Source: Microcystis aeruginosa NIES-843 (GTDB taxonomy: Bacteria > Cyanobacteriota > Cyanobacteriia > Cyanobacteriales > Microcystaceae). From it: 32,000 nucleotides of DNA. Below, piece by piece: positions 16,405 through 24,473 of the stretch. A program made the position numbers and the translations under genes. The stretch spans positions 30,001-62,000 of the forward strand of contig NC_010296.1 in NCBI RefSeq assembly GCF_000010625.1, written 5' to 3'. The stretch's first letter is position 1. Each line of letters opens with the position of its first letter. Below the pieces are notes generated by a model. It had not been told where the DNA came from and did not search any database. It worked only from the letters and a program-made list of their open reading frames with translations.

Positions 16405-17488
16405 AACAGGAGAAACCATGTCCGAATCTGTGGAAACCCAAGCAACAGTAGAAGCATCAGGCTGTGGCTGCGGTGGTACGCCCGAAACCCCTGAGGCTGA
16501 ACGCCAAAAACTCGAACTGAGTGCCGCAACTAGCGCACCGGTAATTCCCGTCGCCCAAATTCCCAATCCTGTCATCACCTCTCAAGGAGTATCTATGCCC
16601 GAAACCACTAATAAATCTGTTACCCCTAGCCAAGCTGCTGAACCTGCTGGCGGAATCGTCTATGCCATTGGCAGCTTGGGCTATGACTTCGGCTCCGAAG
16701 CCCGTCGGGACACATTTAAACAACTGATGCCGACAGCGGTAATTGGTGGTATTGAAGTTCCCTCTAATCCCTACGATGCCCGTCAGATGGTGGATTACCT
16801 GGCTGACAACCTCTCGGAAGCTAAATCCTTAATTTGGACCCTGAACCTGGAACTTACGCCAATTTACGCCATTGAACCCCTTGGCTCTTTTTCCCGCGAA
16901 GTTTATGCGGCTTTACAGGAACTTCTTTCGGGACAAGTGCAAGCAGAAGACAGCCCCGAATATATCCAGCGTGTTAGTATTCCTGGACGGATTACTGGAC
17001 GAACAGTACGCCTGTTCTCAGGACAAGTTGTTCCCGTCATTGAACCGGATAGCCCCCGGGGAATTTATGGTTGGCACGTTAATACTTTAGTCAGTGCGGC
17101 AATCGAAGCTGTTGGTGCAGAACAAACAGAAGCCCAAGAAAGCCAAATGCGCCGCACTTTGAGTAGTTTCCTCAACCGCATCTACTACGATTTACGCAAT
17201 TTAGGGCAAACTTCCCAAGACCGCGCCCTCAATTTTGCTGCGACTAACGCTTTCCAAGCAGCGCAAACTTTTTCTGAGGCTGTGGGTGCGGGGATGGAAC
17301 TCGATAGTATTAATGTTTCTAAGAGTCCTTTCTGTCGGCTGGATAGCGATTGTTGGGACGTACAGTTAAAATTCTTCGACCCGGAAAATAGCCGCCGCGC
17401 TCGTAAAGTCTTCCGTTTTACCATTGATGTCAGTGATTTAATTCCTGTCACCTTGGGCGAAGTTCGTTCCTGGTCTTCTCCTTATTAG
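16405..17488 (+). pseudogene. pirA: PatA-type protease, linker and C-terminal PatA/PatG DUF domain (3' part of the interrupted gene)
   Basis: VYAIGSLGYDFGSEARRDTFKQLMP...FRFTIDVSD...VTLGEVRSW is paralogous to the pirG C-terminus. It is in frame with 13172-14037 after IS excision. Confidence 0.85.
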
Positions 17489-17524
17489 TCCTTTCCCCTG
17501 CGCTGACTTCTGACTTCAAGTACA

Positions 17525-17586
17525 GGCGAAGCATTCGGATAGGAAATCTAAGGTTTCAGCGATAGGTTATGCCCGAATGCTTCGCC
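17525..17586 (+). promoter_or_regulatory. 14-bp perfect inverted repeat (GGCGAAGCATTCGG / CCGAATGCTTCGCC) with a 34-nt loop, spanning the pirB start
   Basis: Read directly from the sequence. The 3' arm covers codons 2-6 of the ORF starting at 17569. Confidence 0.5.
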
Positions 17587-17826
17587 CCTACCCCCATTAT
17601 TTACCCCAAAACAACCGTGAGACTTCCCAAACAATCTGCTCCCGTCAAACGACCCCATTTTATTCATCCCCATGAATGCGTCGATATTGTTCATGGAGAT
17701 GGCGAAGACTTGGTATCTATCCTGGTGAAGTTGGTTCATGGAGCTAACTACAATGATCCGGCTCAGTTTCAATACCCTCACTATGGCTATCTGAAAATGT
17801 CCTCTTTTGGCGGTTTTCGTTATTAG
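17569..17826 (+). CDS. pirB: PatB-like conserved cyanobactin-cluster protein
   Basis: 85 aa, positioned directly after the patA homologue. The HECVDIVHG...LVHGANYNDP...KMSSFGGFR motifs match recalled PatB/AcyB proteins. Confidence 0.6.
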   Translation: MPECFAPTPIIYPKTTVRLPKQSAPVKRPHFIHPHECVDIVHGDGEDLVSILVKLVHGANYNDPAQFQYPHYGYLKMSSFGGFRY

Positions 17827-17949
17827 TCAAGGGTAGAAAATATAGTCTTTATTAATCTGTCATTAAAAGGCAATCTGCCGTAACAAATAATGACAGCATG
17901 AGCAACACTGAAAACCTAGATTCACCTACTCACCTATCACTCCCATTTT

Positions 17950-18909
17950 ATGACGGCAATTCCTGTTGATTTAGTCATTGTGATTGATACCAGTGTCTCC
18001 GTTAAAGCGGAGGCCGAAGGATTGAGTCAGGCGGCGGAAACGGCGATCGCCAACGCCCGTTCTCACTGTCCCTCAGACCTGCGAGTGATCTGGCTGGGGA
18101 TCGAAGGAACCTGGAAAAACACCCAATTTGAGCGCACAGTTCGAGACTATCTAAGCAAAACCTGTGCCATTCCCGAATCAGCCTTAAAAAGCCGAAAAAA
18201 AGGTGAACTCCCATCAGGGGGAGCCCAGGAAGATGCGGCGCGGGTGATGCAAGATCTTGCCACTCATTTTGATTGGCGGACTGGGGCGAAAAGGGCGATT
18301 TTTTATCTAGGAGATGAAGCCTTAGATGCAGGCGGGGACAAAACCCTTGCCAAGGATATTGAAGCCGCTAACCAGGCGATTCAAGGAGCTAAAACGGCGC
18401 AAGTGATCATTCATACCTATTGTGGTCAATCTAAAAGTCGCTATCGTCACACGATTGAAGCTGAATATGCTCGCGTCGCCCAAGAAACTGGGGGTCAATC
18501 TTTCACCGCTGAAGGTTCTCTCAGGGATTTTGCCACGGTTCTCGAACAAATCATTTGTGGGAGTCAATCTCTTCCTCAAATCCCCTTAACCGAACCGCAG
18601 AACAACGATACGCCAACAACTGCTTTAGCAACTGACGGCGATCCACAACCTGTATTACAACAAACTCATGGAGAGCATCAAACTATGTCTAAATCCAAAG
18701 ATTCTACAGAATCAGCAGCCGCTGCTGCGAATGTTACTCAACCCACCCCAGAAAAACCCAAGACTGACCAACCAGAAACAACTGAACCTAAAACTAAATA
18801 CATTCCCGCCACTGGTTTAGAAGATTACGGACGCTGGAAAACCATGTTCAAAGACCGCAAGGCGAATCCCAATGATCCGCCGTTTCGTCGGGGTCGAATC
18901 TGGTCTTAA
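17950..18909 (+). CDS. VWA-domain protein with a PatC-like C-terminal tail
   Basis: N-terminal DLVIVIDTSVSV (DxSxS MIDAS-like) ... AIFYLGDEA. A Pro/Thr-rich linker. The C-terminus TGLEDYGRWKTMFKD...PPFRRGRIWS resembles PatC-family proteins and sits in the patC position. Confidence 0.55.
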   Translation: MTAIPVDLVIVIDTSVSVKAEAEGLSQAAETAIANARSHCPSDLRVIWLGIEGTWKNTQFERTVRDYLSKTCAIPESALKSRKKGELPSGGAQEDAARVMQDLATHFDWRTGAKRAIFYLGDEALDAGGDKTLAKDIEAANQAIQGAKTAQVIIHTYCGQSKSRYRHTIEAEYARVAQETGGQSFTAEGSLRDFATVLEQIICGSQSLPQIPLTEPQNNDTPTTALATDGDPQPVLQQTHGEHQTMSKSKDSTESAAAAANVTQPTPEKPKTDQPETTEPKTKYIPATGLEDYGRWKTMFKDRKANPNDPPFRRGRIWS

Positions 18910-18952
18910 ACTTTGTCCATTTTTCCTGCAAAACTTTGTCTATTTTTCCCGC
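18908..18952 (+). repeat. Two 22-bp direct repeats (AAACTTTGTCYATTTTTCCYGC), 20/22 identical
   Basis: Read directly. They lie about 100 bp upstream of precursor gene 3. Confidence 0.7.
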
Positions 18953-19053
18953 AAACAAATTGTTTAAAGTTGACAATAGTTAACAGAAAACTCTTGACAA
19001 AGATCGTGTAAAGCTTTTAGTGTTATCGACAACTACCTTTGGAGTAACTTACG

Positions 19054-19209
19054 ATGAAAACCCCAAAACTGACCCCTCGCATTACCGCCCCGGTTCAACG
19101 AGACAATATCAGTACCGTTCCTAGTGATGGTAATGTGATTACCCCTGCTACCTTCTGTGATTTAGCCACCAAGCAATGTTATCCCTTTGCGGGTGACGAC
19201 GCAGTGTAA
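19054..19209 (+). CDS. pirE: Cyanobactin precursor peptide 3, 51 aa (absent from the ORF track)
   Basis: Hand translation: MKTPKLTPRITAPVQRDNISTVPSDGNVITPATFCDLATKQCYPFAGDDAV. GGAG RBS upstream. Confidence 0.85.
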   Translation: MKTPKLTPRITAPVQRDNISTVPSDGNVITPATFCDLATKQCYPFAGDDAV

Positions 19210-19223
19210 TTTGTTCTTCCTGG

Positions 19224-19271
19224 CAGGTAGGCAGTCTTTTTTTACATGAATTGTTCGCGCTTGCCTACCTG
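19224..19271. terminator. Possible bidirectional stem-loop between convergent genes
   Basis: CAGGTAGGCA (19224-19233) pairs with TGCCTACCTG (19262-19271). A T7 run follows the first arm. The loop is long (28 nt), so this is weak. Confidence 0.3.
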
Positions 19272-19280
19272 ACAAAACCA

Positions 19281-20072
19281 TTAATCTTCAGGTTCTATCC
19301 CCAAGGCCCTTAACTGTTCCGCTAGGCGATCGGCTCGTTGTCGTTCCTGTTCGGCTCGTTGTCGTTCCCGTTCAGTAGATTCCTGGGAAGTTAACAACAA
19401 GTTACCTTCCCCATCCCACCAGCGAAGCCAGGGAAAGAATTGATTTTGGTATTCTCCCTGCCAAATTCCTAACTCTACCTTTAAAGGAACAATGGGATAA
19501 TGACCGCGCTGATTAGGAGTCATTTTTTGGTAACGACCATTAACTAACTGGTACATCTCGATCTGGGCCTTGTTAACTTCATAAATCCCATAAAAAGGAA
19601 TTTGAATCGCTCGCTCATAGATCCAAAATTTACCCTTAACAGGCGTTTTATCCCGTTCTTCTTCACCATTGCCCGAGACAAATTCTAAGGCAATGACTGG
19701 TTCAATGGTTTCTTTCCACATCACGAAGGAACGCCGGACTTGACCCTCAATCGTTGTGGGGACATGGGGAACATAAAACCAATCGGGAGCAACAGCACCC
19801 TTTTCTAGGGATTCTGGATACTCTGGCAATCGCCAATAAATCCCACAATCTCGACCCAGACAGTAATTACCGTCAGGATGTAATTTGTCCAAAATGGGCG
19901 TGATCGTATCCGTTAAAAGGTCTGCCTGGGGAGGCTCTTGATAGTTTTTCACAAAACTTCCATCTTTATCGGGGAGTTGGGTGTGATCGGGTAAAGGGGA
20001 ATCGCAATAAACCGTTGCAGAAGGGTCCTGAATTGTGGTTGAGGGTTGTGCCGTTGGGGTCATTGAACTCAT
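19281..20072 (-). CDS. Uma2-family (DUF820) endonuclease with a C-terminal coiled-coil tail
   Basis: PDWFYVPHV...EPVIALEFVSG core and an ERERQRAEQERQRADRLAEQLRALGIEP tail, both common in cyanobacterial Uma2 proteins. Confidence 0.75.
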   Translation of the reverse strand: MSSMTPTAQPSTTIQDPSATVYCDSPLPDHTQLPDKDGSFVKNYQEPPQADLLTDTITPILDKLHPDGNYCLGRDCGIYWRLPEYPESLEKGAVAPDWFYVPHVPTTIEGQVRRSFVMWKETIEPVIALEFVSGNGEEERDKTPVKGKFWIYERAIQIPFYGIYEVNKAQIEMYQLVNGRYQKMTPNQRGHYPIVPLKVELGIWQGEYQNQFFPWLRWWDGEGNLLLTSQESTERERQRAEQERQRADRLAEQLRALGIEPED

Positions 20073-20139
20073 CTTTAATTCCCCTATTTTTGTTATCTAG
20101 CTTTTATTCTATAACTGTTCTTGAAAACCTGCAAAAACT

Positions 20140-22235
20140 ATGCCTGATCTCAATGCTATCCCCGGAATGACCGCTCTTCGCTCCCAGACAAAAGGCGATC
20201 CACGCATCAAAATCGCCGTTCTTGATGGACCGATTGACTTAGATTGCGCCTGCTTTCAAGGAGCAAATATTACCCGCCTTGATCCCTATTGGTCGCAAGA
20301 ATTTCCCATCGATCCGCAACACTTACAAGCCTTTTTAGATGTAGAAAAAAGTGCCAAAAGTGATGAAGAAAAAGGTGATATGTTGAAAGAAGCGATTCCC
20401 GATGAAAACATCCTCCAGAGTTTGCATTTGCGCTTCCATGCTAACCATATTATCAGCACCATTTGCGGCCAGCCAGATTCACCTGTAGAAGGGATTGCTC
20501 CTAACGCTACTGTAATTAATATTCCCATCGCCTATAGCAACGAAGATTTTATTAATCCCCTCAATCTTTCTCGCGCAATTAGTACCGCTATTGAACAGGG
20601 AGTTAATATTATCCATTGTGCCGCTTGTCATCCAACTCAAAGCGGATAGCTCACGAATTTATTGATAAAGCAATTCGTCAAGCTCAAGCTAATAATATCC
20701 TGGTGATTGCCCCCGGAGGTAATGATAAGGGAGAGTGTTGGTGTGTTCCTGCGGTATTAGAAAATGTCCTGGCGGTGGGAGCGATGAAAGATACAGGCGA
20801 GCCATTTAAATTTAGTAATTTTGGTGGTAAATATGCAACTCAAGGGATTCTCGCTCCAGGAGAGAATATTTTAGGCGCTCAACCCGCAACTGATGACCCC
20901 ATTCGCAAAAAAGGGACTAGCTGCGCCGCTCCCATTGTGACAGGAACAGCCGCTTTATTGATGAGTTTACAATTAGAACAGGGTTTATCTCCTGATGCTG
21001 AAGCAGTAAGGGCCGCCTTGATTAATAGTGCCATCCCCTGCGATCCTAATGAAGTAGAAGAACCAGAACGCTGTTTATTAGGAAAAATTAATATTGCGGG
21101 TGCTTATGAACTGCTGACGGGAGAGAAATTACAAACTGTTGAAGCGGATAACAATTTGTCGAATAATATCATAGAATCGGCGGTAATTCCGATGACAGTG
21201 ACAACCTCGGTTATCCCATCTAATACAACCGAGATGGCGACTCAGGGAATAACTATAACCCCCCCAACAGCAGCGACAATAGAACTGGCGATCGCTCCTA
21301 GCAATGCTTCAGAAAATGTTTCCTCAACTGGATTAATACAAAATAATCAAACAAATAAAAATATTGTCTTTAATAGTGTCGTTCCTAGTCAACGTTCAAA
21401 CCTCGTTTATGTGTTAGGAACTTTAGGTTATGACTTCGGAACAGAAGCGCGTCGGGACACCTTTAAACAATTAATGCCAAGCATCACGATCGATAATCTT
21501 GAATTACCATCCAATCCCTACGATGCGCGGCAAATGGTAGATTATTTAGAAAGTAATCTATCAGAAACTAAGTCTTTAATTTGGACAGTCAATTTAGAAC
21601 TAACTCCCATATATGCGATTAAACCAGTGGGAGCTTTTGCCGCCGACATTTATCAAGTCATCCAATATATGTTAGCGGGTCAAATATTACCAGAATCTGA
21701 CGAAGATTATGTGGAAAGGGTGAGTATCCCCGGTATGCTGACCGAGGAAACTGTGAAACTTTTTTCTGGTCAAATTGTTCCCGTCATCAAGGTTAATAGT
21801 CCCAGGGGAATGTATGGCTGGAAAGTTAATACTTTGATTGAATCAGCGCTAGAAACTGTTAGCGCAGAACATGAAATCGCCGATGAAGCGAGGATGCGGC
21901 GTTCTCTGACCAGTTTCTTGAATCGCATTTATTATGACTTACGCAATGTCGGACAAATCGCCCGGGATCGCGCTTTAAATTTTGCAGCTACTAACGCTTT
22001 TCAAGCTGTACAAACCTTCTCCCAAGCAGTAGCGCTGGGAATGGAACTACACAGCATTGAAGTGGAAAAAAGCCCTTTTTGTCGCTATGGTAGTGAATGC
22101 TGGGATGTGAAATTAAAATTCTTCGATCCCGAAAATGGTCTGCGGGCCAAACGAGTTTTTCGCTTTACCATTGATGTCAGCGATCGCACCCCTGTAACTT
22201 TAGGTGAAGTGCGTTCTTGGGCTGTTTCTAAATAG
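20140..22235 (+). pseudogene. pirG: PatG-type cyanobactin macrocyclase (subtilisin + capping insert + C-terminal DUF), no oxidase domain, 1-nt frameshift near 20645
   Basis: Two overlapping ORFs, 20140-20649 and 20616-22235. HCAACHPTQSG* continues in the -1 frame as IAHEFIDKAIRQAQANNILVIAPGGN...GTSCAAP. This matches recalled PatG (NIIHCAFCRPTQTSEGEEILVQAIKK...). Confidence 0.85.
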
Positions 22236-22289
22236 CCTGAGTCTGCTAAGTAAGTAGTTATAATTAAATTGAAGATAGATTTTGCCTCT

Positions 22290-22367
22290 GATCCCCCCTG
22301 CCCCCCTTAATAAGGGGGGTGCCGATAGGCGGGGGGATCCCCCCTGCCCCCCTTGATAAGGGGGGTG
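22290..22367. repeat. Two 32-bp GC-rich palindromic repeats (GATCCCCCCTGCCCCCCTTRATAAGGGGGGTG) separated by 14 bp
   Basis: Each contains the hairpin CCCCCCTTRATAAGGGGGG. They lie just 3' of pirG and may act as terminator(s). Confidence 0.6.
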
Positions 22368-22525
22368 TCTGACAACTTTTAACACCTACCTACTTAAGTA
22401 CCTAAGCAAAATTGATTAACCAATAAGGCCAGGGTTAACTTGTCAAAATTGTACCAAATGTACTTAGCAAAAATGTCGCTCAAATTCAATTATAATTAAC
22501 TTCTTATTCAAAATTTTAGTTAATT

Positions 22526-23551
22526 ATGCGTTACAAACTTTTAGGTAATAGTGGTCTGCGAGTTTCCGAACTATGTCTAGGAACGATGACATTCGGGCAA
22601 GATTGGGGTTGGGGGTCGGATAAAGAGGAAAGTCGGGCGGTTTTTCAGGCTTTTGCGGAAGCGGGGGGCAATTTTCTCGATACGGCCAATATCTACACAA
22701 ACGGAACCAGTGAAACATTAGTGGGGGAATTTGTCAAGGGCGATCGAGAAAAATGGGTAATCGCCACGAAATATTCTCTCAACACGCGCCCCGGCGATGT
22801 CAATGCTTGCGGAAATCATCGAAAAAACCTCTTTCAAGCGGTAGAAGCTAGTTTAAAGCGTTTAGGCACTGATTACATCGATTTACTCTGGCTTCATATT
22901 TGGGACTCTCTCACTCCTATCGAGGAAGTGATGCGCGCTTTCGATGATTTGGTCAGGATGGGAAAAGTCCTTTATATTGGCATTTCTGACAGTCCTGCTT
23001 GGATTGTCTCTCAAGGGAACACCCTGGCCACCCTACGGGGATGGACACCCTTTATCGGACTACAAATAGAATATTCTCTCAAGGAACGCACCCCCGAACG
23101 GGAATTATTGCCCATGGCCAAAGCATTAAATATCGGGGTGACAGCTTGGAGTCCCCTGGGAGGAGGAGTTTTAACGGGAAAATATAATCAACCCAACCCC
23201 GTCGATGGTCGTTTAAGCATGACCGACCAACCTTTTCAAATTCTCGATCGCGATCTGAAAATTGCCGAGACCGCCCTAGAGATTGCCAGAGAAATCGGCA
23301 AATCACCGGCACAGGTGGCGTTAAATTGGCTCAGAAATCGCCCTAACTCCGTAATTCCCATCATTGGCGCTCGAAAATTGTCCCAATTGCAGGATAATTT
23401 AGCCTGTGTGGACTTTAACCTGACTGGGGAACAGCTGCAACGACTCGATAATATCAGTGCCATTTCCCTCGGTTTTCCCCACGAACTTTTAGCCAGTCAA
23501 TTTGTTTGCGATATCCTATTAGGAGGAGTAGCAGCACAATTGGATCGATGA
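22526..23551 (+). CDS. Aldo/keto reductase
   Basis: MRYKLLGNSGLRVSELCLGTMTFG...DTANIYTNGTSE...IDLLWLHIWD are AKR family motifs. Confidence 0.85.
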   Translation: MRYKLLGNSGLRVSELCLGTMTFGQDWGWGSDKEESRAVFQAFAEAGGNFLDTANIYTNGTSETLVGEFVKGDREKWVIATKYSLNTRPGDVNACGNHRKNLFQAVEASLKRLGTDYIDLLWLHIWDSLTPIEEVMRAFDDLVRMGKVLYIGISDSPAWIVSQGNTLATLRGWTPFIGLQIEYSLKERTPERELLPMAKALNIGVTAWSPLGGGVLTGKYNQPNPVDGRLSMTDQPFQILDRDLKIAETALEIAREIGKSPAQVALNWLRNRPNSVIPIIGARKLSQLQDNLACVDFNLTGEQLQRLDNISAISLGFPHELLASQFVCDILLGGVAAQLDR

Positions 23552-23955
23552 TGGAAGTCTTTGTTTATGGAACCCTGAAACCCAAGGAAAGTAACTATTC
23601 TGCCTACTGTGCAGGAAAAGTGATCAACTCTAAAACCGTCTACACAAGGGGGCATTTATACCATCTTACCGCCCTCGGTTATCCCGGACTGACCGAGGGC
23701 GAGGGCTGGGTGAAAGGAATTTTATTGACTTTTAACGCAGATTATGATCTGGGGCTTTTGGATGGTTTGGAAGATTATCAACCCGGCAGAGATGCAGAAG
23801 AAAACGAGTATCAGCGTCGCAGAATTCCTATTTATAATCTAGAGCGAGAATTAATCGGCGAAGCTTGGGGATATATGATGACACCGGCAAAAATAGCTTT
23901 TCATGGCGGTATTTGGCTGCCTTCCGGTTGGTGGACCAGTAGCGATCGAGAATAG
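23548..23955 (+). CDS. Gamma-glutamylcyclotransferase-like (AIG2/GGACT family) protein
   Basis: MMEVFVYGTLKP...GYPGL...E motif. The start is chosen at the ATG overlapping the AKR stop (ATGATGG). Confidence 0.7.
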   Translation: MMEVFVYGTLKPKESNYSAYCAGKVINSKTVYTRGHLYHLTALGYPGLTEGEGWVKGILLTFNADYDLGLLDGLEDYQPGRDAEENEYQRRRIPIYNLERELIGEAWGYMMTPAKIAFHGGIWLPSGWWTSSDRE

Positions 23956-24014
23956 GGATGAGGGGGCCGATTCTGTTAAGATATACAAATTAAAAGCTTA
24001 ATCGTGAAAAAATT

Positions 24015-24215
24015 ATGTATCTACTCCTAGAAGTGGCCAGTGGCAAATTCCCCGTTTATTTTGTGGCAGTTTATGTGGTCGGTTTTCTCGCTGCTGTCAC
24101 CATCGGTTCGATCGCTTGGTACAATTCTAAACGCCCGGTCGGTTGGGAAGATGCCCAAAGACCCGATATTGTCCCCGAAGTGAAGACAGAGGTGGATTCT
24201 GATTCTCAATCCTAG
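24015..24215 (+). CDS. Small single-pass membrane protein, function unknown
   Basis: 66 aa with one hydrophobic helix (FPVYFVAVYVVGFLAAVTIGSIAWY) and an acidic tail. Confidence 0.4.
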   Translation: MYLLLEVASGKFPVYFVAVYVVGFLAAVTIGSIAWYNSKRPVGWEDAQRPDIVPEVKTEVDSDSQS

Positions 24216-24354
24216 AAAAAGGCAGTGATCAGTTATTTTAGCCGTCAGCTTTTTCTCCCTTCTCAGCAATCAGGTTGGTTGGGATTGACCCTTGGCTGCG
24301 GACAAGGGACTAAAGACCTGACTAGGCGGTTATTTCAGGCATTTCCGCCCTTCC

Positions 24355-24473
24355 TGCCGAACAGAAACAGATAAATCAACCAAGGTCGATCGCAAATCGC
24401 TATGATAGAATATTGGGTCTTTAATTTCCGTCCCCTCCTCCTCTTATGAAACTGCCTGTCGTCGCTATCATCG
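24355..24473 (+). repeat. 119-bp direct repeat, left copy (der promoter region + first 9 codons)
   Basis: Matches 29616-29734 with a single mismatch (24469 C versus T). Confidence 0.9.

Noticed and set aside
16660-22230. Similarity between the C-terminal ~270 aa of pirA (16660-17488) and of pirG (21400-22235), considered as a possible recent duplication or assembly problem.
   Set aside because: This is the known shared PatA/PatG C-terminal DUF domain. The nucleotide sequences are clearly diverged, so it is ordinary paralogy.
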